Below the pieces are notes generated by a model. The model was not told the origin of the DNA and ran no database searches. It worked only from the letters and a program-made list of their open reading frames with translations. DNA of 54,752 nt, counting the filler, from Bipalium vagum (Eukaryota): assembly GCA_037834085.1 (NCBI GenBank). It is 3 parts of 3 records of this genome, joined end to end, with 100 filler letters (N's around TTAATTAATTAA, not from the genome) between each part and the next. Parts side by side here need not be neighbours in the genome. Positions count along the whole stretch, not along the records: positions 32,666 to 54,752 come from JBBMKC010227213.1; 2 more parts are not named here. The stretch is one strand, 5' to 3'. How positions within the stretch are numbered: the first letter of the stretch is position 1; each line of letters starts with the position of its first letter. The position numbers and the translations under genes are program-made. Shown piece after piece: positions 40,650 to 52,553 of the stretch.

Positions 40650-41770
40650 GTGTGTTCTAATCTTCCATCGTCTTTTTCATCACGCATCTGAATTTTAAAA
40701 AGGATTAAACTTTTACAAGAAGTGTCTTTAATGTAAATATTTATAACAAGATAGACCAAAATCTGGACAACCTTGATCTGCGAGTATACCTGAAAATATG
40801 GCAAGTACACGAGAAAGCATTGAAGACAATAAATGCACCTCAATCAGTCATAGAGCACTAGAATTAAACCTCTCAAAATCCAGTTTGTCGGGGATAATGC
40901 ATGAAGATTTCCATATGAAAACCTATAAGCTTACCGTAGTTCAGAAGCTTAAAGAATCAAACCACCAAAGTCACCTGGATTATTGTAATTGGTTGTTAGA
41001 AAAATCAATTGCGGATCCTCAATTTTGGAAAAAAATCATTATGACTGATGAAAGTCATTTTCATTTGAGGGAAGGTGTTTTTAATAAACAAAATTGTCGA
41101 ATTTGGGCAACAAAGCAACCCTATGTTTTGAAGGAAGAAGCATGATATTCGCCAAAAGTTACTGTATGGTGTGGAATATGGGCAAGAGATAATTTGTCCA
41201 TACTTTTTCGAAAATGCTGCAGGTAAAACAGTTACAGTAACGGGAGAGAGATATCGACACATTATAGAAACATTCCTTAAGCGTTGTCTGTTTTAATGTA
41301 GAGAATATTTACTTTCAGCAAGATGGTGCCACATCCCATACAAATTGGAAAACAATTGGATTATTACACGAAAATGTTCCATCTGGTGTGATCTCACGTT
41401 TCGGTGATGTTGATTGACCTCCCAGATCTCACGATTTGACGGCTCCAGACTATTTCTTATGGGGATATCTAAAAGATAATTTTTTTATTAATCAACCAAA
41501 AACAATTACACAACTCAAAGACAACATTTCGAAACAAATCGCTATGATCTCAATTGACTTATGCCAAAAAGTTATGCAATCTTCCATAAAAATACCCCAA
41601 ACTTGTAAGGCTGTCAGAGGCGGTCATTTTAATGACATCATATTTAAATTATAAATTTTTGTAATATATGTGTTAAAATAAAGGTATAAATAAAATTACT
41701 TGGCTTTTTAATTTTTATGTAGAGAGAAATAGCGACTTAAAGTAGTAAAGCTTCTTTTGGAAGACCCTGC
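40650..41770 (+). mobile_element. DD41D (rosa/VS-type) transposase pseudogene with right TIR
   Basis: ORFs 40798..41145 (IMTDESHFHL, NKQNCRIW) and 41436..41654, plus SPKVTVWCGI. FQQD-GATSH...*PPRSHDLTAP-DYFLWGYLK has exactly 41 residues between the 2nd and 3rd D. The right end reverse complement reads cagggtcttccaaaag. Confidence 0.92.
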
Positions 41771-42372
41771 ATTAAAAAGCTCAATTTTTTTAGGACACCA
41801 TAATAGGTAATTCATAATTCACCAGTTTTCTAAAATAATGTTTTAATTTTTAAAACCAGATGACAAGAAACTATTATGGATAAAAGCAGAGTCTTAAAAA
41901 AGACAATCTGAAAACGATAAATCATTATTAGAGTGAAAACACATGGTCTTAAAAAAAATCATAACCCAATAAAAAAACTCAATAGAAGAATTATTCGAAG
42001 TATATGATAAAACCTATAAAAAAGAAATAATAAGTGACAACTAAAATCAAATAAAATAGAAAAATTTTATCGACGACTTAAGTTGTACATAAAAATTGAC
42101 TTAATTTTTATTTATATTGTGAAACGTTAACATAAATACGAAGGGTGTTCAGCCTCGTGATTTTCGAGCACTTCACAAAAAATAATTAAATAAAAATAAA
42201 GTTTATTTTATATTCTTTAAGAATCAACAAGCTTAAGTATATGAAACCACGCAGTTTGTAGTAACAGATATTATCATTTCTCAAGTTTTTTCATTGTTTG
42301 CAATCATCATACCACCAGCTTTAGTATCAAAGAGGTTTTGATATTATTTTTTATTGATTTAAATGTTATAAA

Positions 42373-42516
42373 TATAGATGGGACCATAAGAAATGTCGTT
42401 TTTAAAAAACAATATTATTTAAATATTATTACAGTACATAAATATATCATTACTGTGCAATTTTGTGTCGCTAATTATTTTTTTTAAAAACGAAATTTTT
42501 TATGAACCCCTACATA
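42373..42516. mobile_element. ~144-bp MITE-like element with ~40-bp imperfect terminal inverted repeats
   Basis: Left tatagatgggaccataagaaatgtcgtttttaaaaaa; right reverse complement tatgtaggggttcataaaaaatttcgtttttaaaaaa. TA at both ends and no coding capacity. Confidence 0.65.
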
Positions 42517-45179
42517 ATTATCGGTGGTGTTAATAAATAATAAAGGCTACAATAATTATTTTTTTTTGACATGGAGAGAACCAAAATATGAAAAAAATAA
42601 ATAATTTGGCTAAGTCATTGCAAAACATTATAAAAAGTAAAACTATATCAAAAAAATTTCTATTTTAATGATTCCTAACGCAGATCATATTCCTTCACAT
42701 ATCATATTTTAATTTTAATAAATTTTAATTAATAATAATACTTAATTGTATAAAAACATCGATTCTGAGTGACCCTCACACAATTGAGAGATTCCATTAT
42801 AATTAAACTCTGATTTCAGACTTTAGATTGGTGATCATATGAAAATAAATGATGACATTTTTATCTTTATGAAAAAGTGACAATTATATAACCCCCAGCT
42901 CTGCTCTAAAAAATACAATAAGCTGAATCTTCTTGCATTCTTATTTTACCTTTTACTCAACTCTTATTCTAAAAAATATTCCACATTTACGTTGCTAATG
43001 AGTACATATATCGAATTTTTTCCTTCATCGTATCTCACTATTTTCCGATCGTAAAGAATTTCCAATGCTTGTCGAAATGAAAACTTCCTGGGTGATGATT
43101 TAATATATAAAGGTAAGGATGTAAGATGTAAATGAATTTAAAATAATTTTTATTGTCGAAATGAATCCAAGATAAAATGTTATGGTTTTTACAAAGTAAA
43201 TAAATTTTTCATTTCAGTCAAAAATTACGTTTAACAATATAGCGTTACATTGATTTAGAAAATGTGGAACTCCTACGCTGACAGACTTTAATGGTCATAG
43301 TAAATACCACGTTTCATATTATTGATTTTCCTGCCTGGTCCAAAAACTTTTATGACCTTTTGTTTACAGATTTTAATTACCTCCACTACACGAAAATACT
43401 TGACTTCGCTTAGGACCGAAAATTAGTTTCCCTTTCCTTGTTGGATTTTAAAATGTTGATTTCTGTTCATTGTAATATCGAATTAATGTTTCTTTAATTA
43501 TAAAAATTCAAAATATCTACACTAATCGCCTTCATAATTTCATTTAATTAATTGACATAGTTCTCACATCTTTTAAGTTTTCTATAAAGCTTAGTTCTGT
43601 TGTTTATTATTATAAATATAGTAAAGCTTCTAAATCACAAACTTTGTCCCTAATCTTAGAGAAACCGTTTGCTTAGATAGCAAATTAAGTGCTCATAAAA
43701 AAAATATATTTCTAATAAAAATTCAAAATTATATTTTTATTCAAACCCAAAAAATTGTAAAAACTAAATTTGTTGTGTTTTGTTTGTTATGTTTTGCTTG
43801 TTTTCCATAGCAACCCTTAAAAATCAAATAACATGGAATTTAACAATTTTTATCACAAAACTGTTCCTATATTGTCATTAGACTTAAATGGTTTCGGGAG
43901 ATATATGAGTAGGAGTGTTCAATATTGTGAGACTTTGGTGAACGTTTACTTATCATTCATTTGTGATCTACTTTATAAAAGGAAAACAACAGGAATATAT
44001 TTAATTGACAGTATATTCTCGATTGCAACAATGAATCATCGCCGTTTGTTCTGGAATTTAAGAAAGATATCTAAAATTAGTAAAAATATTAAAAATTCAG
44101 TTCTTATCATATCTATTCTGATACTGTTTTACCAAATCTTGAATTATAATTCAAACCGAGAACAGAAACGAACGAAAAACAAAAATGTCAACCAAAAGAG
44201 AAAAAAAATTAGAGTTAAACGAGGAGAAACAAAATGATAGAGAGACGGTGACAACGAAAAGAAAAAGCAAACGAAGGATTGAATTGAACAATATTTTTAA
44301 GTGATTTTTGTTGTGAATAAATTGATTTCTATTACGAAATTCTTTTTTCGAATTGACCATTATTTTGTAATTTTGAATCAAGAAAGATGGTTAATATTTA
44401 CCTGAATATTAATAAATGTAAAATAATAAAATAACAATTAGTTGTGCCTATTTTAATTCCGATCCCTAAACATTGCCCAGCTCCTTTCGGTCAACTGTCA
44501 GTATATTCACAAATTAATTCATTCTCAAAAAAAGGAAAGCATCTTTGATAGCTAATAATTTTTTAACTTCAATAACTTAAATGTTTTTTTACGCAATTAT
44601 TCAGTAACCTACAGAATTAATATGACACATGTTCTATACATGATTACTAGGGAAAGTTAAATGCAATATATGCCATCAATTTTGTATCAATCTATCTGAA
44701 TAAGATAGAAGATATCTGAGCGATAAATTTTTCTAAAATTTACCTTTCCATGGATTTTTATTACTTTTCTTGTATAATTTGATAACTGAAAATAATTGAT
44801 TTATCAAATTTTGCAATTATCGAATTATCAATTTACTAGTAAATTATCTTTATCTACAACTTTTAATAACTTGGAAATTCCTAGCTATTGATTCTGTTTA
44901 AATAAAACCTAAAAGCATTCAAATAGAATAAATTAAAATTGATTACCATTCATGTTTTTCCTATTAATTTTTAAAGTGAAACAATAAATCATATCACAAA
45001 TATCAACAAAAAGTGAACCTTGTGCAAATTAAAATCACGATATATCAAAAAAAGTTAACAAGCCTAACAAGTTAATTATGAAAAATCATATATTTAACAG
45101 GATTCTTCATTTAATATACAAATCTATACACAATATTTGGTCTAAGAAATAAAATGCATTAAAAAGATAAGGCAATTTT

Positions 45180-45405
45180 TCAAGTTATCGTTGATTTGGA
45201 AAGACGAGGATCACGATTGAAATAACATCCTGATTTGGAATTGAACTCGCTCGTGTCACTGTTTCGACTGTAGGAAGAAGAACCGCCCGACTTTCGACTT
45301 CGATCGAAATCAGGTTTTTCGTTTCTGTCATGATAAGATGATTTGAAAGATTTATTTCTCTTGTCATTATAATTATTCGACGGTCTGTCGTAAGGTTTTT
45401 TATCA
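45180..45405 (-). CDS. CHD1: CHD1 terminal coding exon (low-complexity R/S/D-rich tail)
   Basis: A 51-nt intron at 45406..45456 (GTaagc...tattAG) joins in phase 2 to give ...YNRDKKPYDRPSNNY...DPRLSKSTIT*, in frame with ORF 45180..45425. Confidence 0.85.
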
Positions 45406-45456
45406 CTAATAATATAGACAATCAATAAAATTAACCAAAAATTGACAACAGCTTAC

Positions 45457-48400
45457 CGATTATAACTATTGCTTGAACCTGACGATTTGATAGGATCAGA
45501 CCCATTCCAATTTTTCATTTTAATATACTCTTGATAAGAACGGGCTTCGAAGTTACATTTTACCTTATTATTATTATCTGACTGAAATTTTGAATTGTCC
45601 ATAGATTTACTGTAACTGTCATTGTTGAAGTTGGAATTGTTCACTTTATTAAAATTTTTGGAACTCGATGACTTGTGTGATTCTGATGATTTTTTATAGG
45701 CGGCTTTATAGATTCTATGCAATGTTTCTTTGGGAAACACATCGAAAAAGAAACTTACAAAGGACCATAGATAATTTCTCCATTGTCTTTTCTCGTCATC
45801 ATTGTCAAAATTCAAAATGACGCTTCTAATGTGATTACCTATTCCCAACAAACAATCGCTTAATTGTTTATCATCGATTTTTAAACGACTAATATTCCGC
45901 CTCTGTAAATCCTCCAAAAACTTTAACTTCGATTTGATTGGCTTCATTTTCTTTGTGCACTTATCGAAAAGAGGACCTTGCATTTCATAAAATAATTTCT
46001 CAGGATCATTGGAACCACTGTCGTTGATATCGCGAGACTTAACCTCACGATGTTGTTTTTGATTTTCAGTAAATGATTTCGACTTGATTTTATTTTTAAC
46101 TTTTGTTTTATTCTTCTGATTGGTAGACTGATTACTACTGTTATCACTGGACTCTACAAATTCCGCAGATTTCGGGTTGGGAGCGTGATTAACTTTGGTT
46201 TTAATTTTTGACTTTTTTGCATTGTCAGATTTAGTGGAAGGTTTGGCGATTTTTCTCGGTGCACTCGTCGCATTGGTGGCTGTAACACCGGTGGCATTTT
46301 CAGATTTTATTAAATTTTTTGAATCCCTCAACTTTTTCAAAAGATATTCCACGCGCGTTTTCAAATGACTGGCTTGAGGCCTTTCAGTCAATGAAGACGG
46401 AAGAATTTTGCTTGTCAATTTCAAATCGGGATCCATTTTAATCGCTTCCCAATTATCCAGTCCCCTCTCAAAGACACCAACCAGCAAACGAGCATCATCA
46501 TCAGTTTCCCACATACAAGACCAATTGGCTAATTTCGTTTCAAAAGGCAATTCGAATTTGATTCTCTCCTCTTTACTTTTCGGTAAGATTGTATGCAAAA
46601 TATCGAGGTCTTCTATTGATTGCAACATATTTTTCACATTTATTACTATCTTTCGAAGTCGAAATATGGCTTTGTTTTTCTTTTCTTCTGTATCGCATTC
46701 ACCCATAATATTCTGACAGCCGATAATGATTTGTTTAATCACATCATACACCTCCTTGTCACTTCGATCAATAATTTCCGCTTCAACCATAATCGATTGA
46801 ACTCTTTCCAGGGGCCGGGGAAACTTTTTCATAACTTTAATAATGGATTTTATTTCCCTGTCCGTTAATTTGCCGGACGAGTCTTTTCCATCATAAACAT
46901 CATCATCATCACTACTTTCCTCACTAGTACTGTTTGGTTGTCCAACTTGGTAAGCTTTTACTTTCTTCCGTTGTCTTGGTCCTAATTCCAATTCTAAAAG
47001 AGCTTTTTGGTGCTCGTCCTCCTTGATTTTTTCACGGATATCCAAAGGAACTATATCACTCCATAACTTTGGCTTTCCCTTATGTCCAATGTAGACTATA
47101 TCTTCATCCTCGGCGCTTTCCGTTATATTTACAACTTTAAACGCTGACAACAAGTCATTGGCTGGATTGTGACTCTCTTCATCGTTATCTCGGGTTTCTG
47201 CTCTTTGCAAAATATCATGGATATTTAACTCTTGCTCTTCATCCAATTCTTCATCTTGGTTAAATAAATCTGCCGCTCCAAACTTCAATATTTCGTTTAA
47301 CTCATCTTTACTAAACGGTTGGTTTTTATTGGCATCTGTTTTACGATGTAAGGCTGAGTCCATTCGCTGAATAACCAAATGATCAAGAACCATTTTCCGT
47401 TTGGCACATTCAATAATTTTTTCTTCAATAGAATTTTTAATGACAAATCGATAAACTGAAACTTGTTTTTTCTGACCAATTCGGTGGGCCCTGGCCATAG
47501 CTTGTAGATCATTTTGTGGATTCCAATCTGAATCGAAAATTATCACAGTGTCGGCGGTAGCAAGATTTATTCCCAAGCCACCAGCTCGAGTGGACAAGAG
47601 GAAACAAAAATCTGTAGACCCCTCTGCATTGAAGTGATCAATCGCTTGCTTTCTAACACTTCCTTTGATCGAACCATCTAATCGTTGAAATCCCCAACCG
47701 CGCAAAACCAAATAGTCTGATATGATATCTAACATTCTGACCATTTGACTAAAGATTAGGACCCTGTGACCCTTTTCTTTCAATTCGAATAACAATTTGT
47801 CCAGCAACATCATTTTGCCACTCGATTTAATATAATACCTTAATCGAGTCTCGAGATTCATCTTGAACTCCGTGTCCTCGTCAATAGGATTCACCAACTG
47901 TACATGATTACAACACTTTTTCAATTCCATGACAATATTTAGGAAAGTGGATGTATGTCCTCTGGTCTCCTTAGAAAGAGCTTCATAATTTTTAGTTAAT
48001 ATCAATTTATATAGTTCAGCTTGTTTCCGACACATTGGAACTCTTATAATTTGCTCACTTTTAGATGGTAATGATTTTTCAACATCCTTTTTTGTTCTTC
48101 TCAAAAGAAATGGTTCCATTACCTTGTATAATTCACTAACCACTTCAACGGCCCTGTTTTCATTGTTAATGTTGTATCTTTCTTCAAAATCAGGCCAAGT
48201 ACTGAATTTATCTGGCATAATAAAGTGAAGCAAGGCCCAGAGTTCTCTTAGGGAATTGTGAACAGGAGTACCGGTAATCAACAACCGCGTGTTGGTATCA
48301 AATGTTATTAAAGAATTATACAATTGACTTTCGTCGTTTTTCAATCTGTGAGCTTCATCGACACCCAAAAAAGCCCATGAGATTTTATTCAACCAATCCT

Positions 48401-49440
48401 TGTCTTTCAGTAATAATTCGTATGTTGTAATGCAGACATGGAATTTAAGCATTTTCTTTTTTGGAAAATACCACTCACACTCTCGAATAACCTGTCGCGA
48501 CACCGCATCACCAGTATAGATTATCACATTTAAATACGGCGCCCATGTATTGAACTCAGTTTGCCAACTGCTAATCGTACTTAACGGGACTACAAGTAAA
48601 AACGGGCCGTGGATCTGGTGTTGATTAAAAAGATATGATAAGAATCCGATAGTTTGAATAGTTTTCCCTAGTCCCATTTCATCGGCTAGGATGACACTGT
48701 TCCCCCTTGTCCAAGCATGAGCCAGCCAATTCATACCATCCAGTTGATAGTCTCGCAGCTTCATTTCGGGAACGATACATAAATAGTCCGGCTGCTCACG
48801 AATAGGAACAAATTTCGGCCTTCTTGTCAAAGCTTCACATTTGCGATTAGGAATTGTGACGGATCTGCTTCGTTCTTCAAATTCAGCAATGGCATCTGGA
48901 AACAAATTTTTGACAATGACATCTCCTGATTCCCAAGTTGAATATCGATAATCCAACGTTTTCCATTTCAGTAGATAATCTATCGAATCTGAGTCTTTAT
49001 TCCTTTGAGCGCCGATGATTCTCTCACATTCCATTTTCTGTTGTAAAAGAGCTTCGTTGCGTTCTTCTTCAAACTGAGCAGCATCGAGGTCTTCTGGCGA
49101 AGCGTGGTTTTTCTTCCAATTATCTCTATGCTTTTGAGTTTCTTTAAATTTCAATATTTTCTTTATTCCATCGAAATTTTGATAATTTAAAATGCTGGTT
49201 TCCGATTCCCACGTACTGTGAATGTGGCTCCACTCTCTCCATTTTATCAAATATTGTCGCTCTCTTTCCGTTTGATTCCCTGTTTCATTGCCGAAAGCCG
49301 GGTTTTTAAAAACCCTTTTGTAATATGAGGTATTTATCCCCGTGTTCCCCACAAAACCGATTCTGTAATTTAACACGTCTTCTACAATATTCAATTCTTC
49401 GTTAATAAAATCAGGTATTGACTGATCATCATAACATTCG
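45457..49440 (-). CDS. CHD1: Chromodomain-helicase-DNA-binding protein 1/2 (SNF2-family remodeller), main 3984-nt exon: double chromodomain, ATPase/helicase, SANT-SLIDE-like DNA-binding region, CHCT/DUF4208
   Basis: ORF 45453..49394 contains YLIKWREWSHIHSTWES (chromo 1), YLLKWKTLDYRYSTWES (chromo 2), ILADEMGLGKT (Walker A), VDEAHRLKN (DEAH), LLSTRAGGLGINL, DSDWNPQNDLQAMARAHRIGQ, DDARLLVG...WEAIKMDPDL and WRNYLWSFVS. Acceptor tttacAG at 49442-49441; donor GTaagc at 45456. Confidence 0.97.
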
Positions 49441-49485
49441 CTGTAAACAAATGACTAAAGATTACCATTTCAAAAACCGTATTAC

Positions 49486-49545
49486 TTTTGTTCGATTTTC
49501 TCTCCTCGTATTAAAATCACCGGTTTGTTTAAAAGGGGATTATCT
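49486..49545 (-). CDS. CHD1: CHD1 coding exon 4 (60 nt)
   Basis: Flanked by 51-nt (49546-49596) and 45-nt (49441-49485) GT-AG introns. Translates KDNPLLNKPVILIRGEKIEQN with phases 2/2 consistent. Confidence 0.75.
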
Positions 49546-49596
49546 CTAACAAAAAAGCGAATTAACTAAAAATGATCTTGATAAATTGAACATTAC

Positions 49597-50009
49597 TTAA
49601 CATTGCTGAATCCGTTTGTGTTATTACTCAACTTCTGAATTTTTTTCTTTGGTTGACCACTATTTTCATCAGAATCCTCAAAATCTTCCTCACTGGTGAC
49701 AATTTCTTTGTAACTGACAGTGGTGCGTTTACGGAATTCCATCTTTTGTTTGTATCTATGATTTTTATTCTTCCGCTCATACGAAATCTCATCTTCATCG
49801 TAATCGTCATCATCACCATCGTCCGCATACTCTTCATCTTCTTCCTTATCGTTTTCATCTGAAGATGAAGCCGAATAGATTTTTCGACTTAATCGATTTG
49901 AATGTGATTCACGTTCAGATAAAATATTGAATCGTGATGGTTCTTTGCGATTTCGTTCCGATCGTCTCGTGGTATATAAATCTGGATTTTCTTTGATATC
50001 ATCTAATAA
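49597..50009 (-). CDS. CHD1: CHD1 coding exon 3 (N-terminal charged region)
   Basis: Open frame LLDDIKENPDLYTTRRSERNRKEPSRF...DEEYADDGDDDDY...KRTTVSYKE resembles the CHD1/2 N-terminal 'PD.YG.RRS.R.R.EP.RF' and 'VSYKE' motifs. Acceptor atttAG at 50011-50010; donor GTaatg at 49596. Confidence 0.88.
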
Positions 50010-50219
50010 CTAAATATGTTCGTTTTAATTATTGTTTTATTGAAATAAATAGCCCAGCTTAATCAGATAACATTTTAGCATAAAACATAAAATCGATCGA
50101 CGGTATAGAAAGGAACACAAAAAAAGCAGCCAACGCTGCGCACACCACGTCTCATTTACTTTGTTAGAGAAAATTTTTTTAATGAGGCTCATCATTATCG
50201 ATTTTATAAATTAACTTAC

Positions 50220-50262
50220 GGAACGTTGTCGAGTCTTGCTAGGTACAACAATTTCACTTTCA
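50220..50262 (-). CDS. CHD1: CHD1 coding exon 2 (43 nt)
   Basis: Acceptor tgtatAG (50264-50263) and donor GTaagt (50219). Translates NESEIVVPSKTRQRS, phase 2 in and phase 0 out, consistent with both neighbours. Confidence 0.72.
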
Positions 50263-50317
50263 CTATACAAAAAATATTCTTTTAATTTATTGAATCCTAC
50301 GGGAAAAATATTCTTAC

Positions 50318-50367
50318 TTTGAACTATCAGTACTATCTCTAGATGATTCATCTGTATAATCTAGCAT
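50318..50367 (-). CDS. CHD1: CHD1 first coding exon with putative start ATG
   Basis: ATG at 50367-50365 directly follows a tttttttAG-type acceptor. Translates MLDYTDESSRDSTDSS(N); donor GTaaga at 50317. The full model is 4776 nt (1591 aa + stop). Confidence 0.7.
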
Positions 50368-52553
50368 CTAAAAAATGTATTTATCAAATATATAAACAAT
50401 TTTAAAATTTATAACTGAAAATAATTAATCTAAATGTGCAATTATTAATTTCATGTACTACCTCAGATTTGCAATCTCGTTTAATTAACACATTGAAAAT
50501 TATCAATTTTCACAAAGTGAAGAACATAATAAATTGAATTTTCTATTTCCATTTAATAAGGCTTAGTTCGTGTTAAGAAAATGAACTACATCATTAAAAA
50601 TGTTACTCTTATTTAATAAATTAGAAAACATGTTCGATAATAATAATCTGATTAGCTTTCCTAACATTCAAAGCGGTTTCATACTTTTCCAAAAGATAAA
50701 TTATAATTCTTTTCTTTGAATGGTACAAACAATAAGTTTGATGTTATTTCAAGTTTTAAAAAATAAACGCTATAATCTTTAGTTTAATTTGCATTTAGCT
50801 TTACGATAGTAAATAGAATTACGACATATTCTAAGTTCTGTATAGATATTCAAAATATTCGAATAGTTTAGTACATTAGAATATAAAACCATTATTTTTG
50901 GATATAAAACATTCTTGCTCGTTTCGTGAGATAGCTTCGCATTTATATGATGGTGATATGACCTTAATATTATCATTAGGACATAAGCTATGCAATAAGT
51001 TTCCACAGTTAAGACTTCATTGTAATCAAACCCAACATGGGTATAAATCCATATATCTCACTGATACATAGGTTACTAATTAGTTCGCTAATATTATCAA
51101 ATATGTGATGATCGTACAATATTAAAAACAAGAGTACCTAAAACATTCCACAAATGAAATTCGTATACACAAATTCCATTTTTAATCAACAGAATGTATG
51201 CATGTTTTATGGATTCATATAGCATAACATAAACTAAAAACTGGAAAATAATGGAAACCAATAATAGAAAATATCCTTGTATTTCAGTATTTATATACAT
51301 TTATGTTTATCAGTGCAGACAAACAAGAGCACTTTTAAAATGAAGCTACAGACAAATGAGATATTGAAACTATGCAGCCAAATATAAACCAATACTAACC
51401 GTCATAAAGCGAATCAGTGAATAGCAAAACAAAATGGCGATCACACACTTTACAGAATCTGATTGGCTCTTTTTATTTATCAAATAGGTTATTAAAACAA
51501 TAACTTCCTCTTACTAAATAATAATTTAATTTAATTAAGTAAAATTATAAAATGAATTTATATTTTGAAATATTTTCATTTAGTAAGTATAATTTTTTAA
51601 CTTATTTATACCAACACCTTAATTTTAAAAATATTCAAATAATTTATTGAATTAAAAATAAATTATATATAATTTGAATTGAATGACACCTTAATACAAT
51701 TTTATTAATATATAGATTATTGGATTTTCTAAAATTTCTAGGTGTATTTCCATAATTTGAATTAACTTTATATTTTTTATTAGAAAATGTTGTAATTTTT
51801 CTAAAATATCTTTAGATTTCAATAAGGTTAAAATTATTTAAGTAATTAATTATAATGAAAATATTTATTTTCATGTTTCTGATTATTATTTTTTAATTTG
51901 CTGTTATGAATTATGTTAAAAGTAAATGTTATGTTTTGCACGGATCTGTTGTTAATGAATAATAATAGAAATAATTTTAAAATAAAAAACAAATTTTAAA
52001 TAAAATATTAATGAAATCACAATTGTAATCACTGAATTGTAATTCTTGGATTGTTTAATTTTTTTCACATAATTAAGATTGTAAACTTAATTTAAAATTT
52101 TTATTATTAAATATATAATACAAGATAATTTTCTAGAGAAACGACCCTACTGACCAACTAATGTACAATTGTAAGCCCAGTGACTTAAAACTGGTTGTTG
52201 AAATTGGAAATGGGAGTTCCCTTCCAGTGTAGATAGCCACTTTGAAACGTATCCAAGATAAAGGCCCCTTCAGAATACAACCCTATTGAGTCACTGTGTT
52301 AATATATTAAAAGTAAGAAATGTTAAAAATACAATCTAGTTATAAAGAAACTTTTATTATGAACAAATTACACTACAATTTAGCAGAATAACTAATACAA
52401 ATTATTGTGACGGCTTGCATCGCATATTATTTTTTAAATATCTGGTTCTATAACTGTACCTATTCTTAACACAGCTTTCAAATGAAAATCATTTAATCTT
52501 AATCTTGTTGCACTTTATTAAGATTCGTTAAAGAAAAGTTTTGTTCACAAATA

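Noticed and set aside
45944-49862. Short ORFs nested in or antisense to CHD1 (45944, 46408, 46620, 47297, 49628, 49653)
   Set aside because: Frame shadows of the CHD1 coding sequence.
50456-50465. let-7-like TGAGGTAGTA on the minus strand
   Set aside because: Only the 5' 10 nt match, there is no precursor hairpin, and it coincides with a plausible splice donor.
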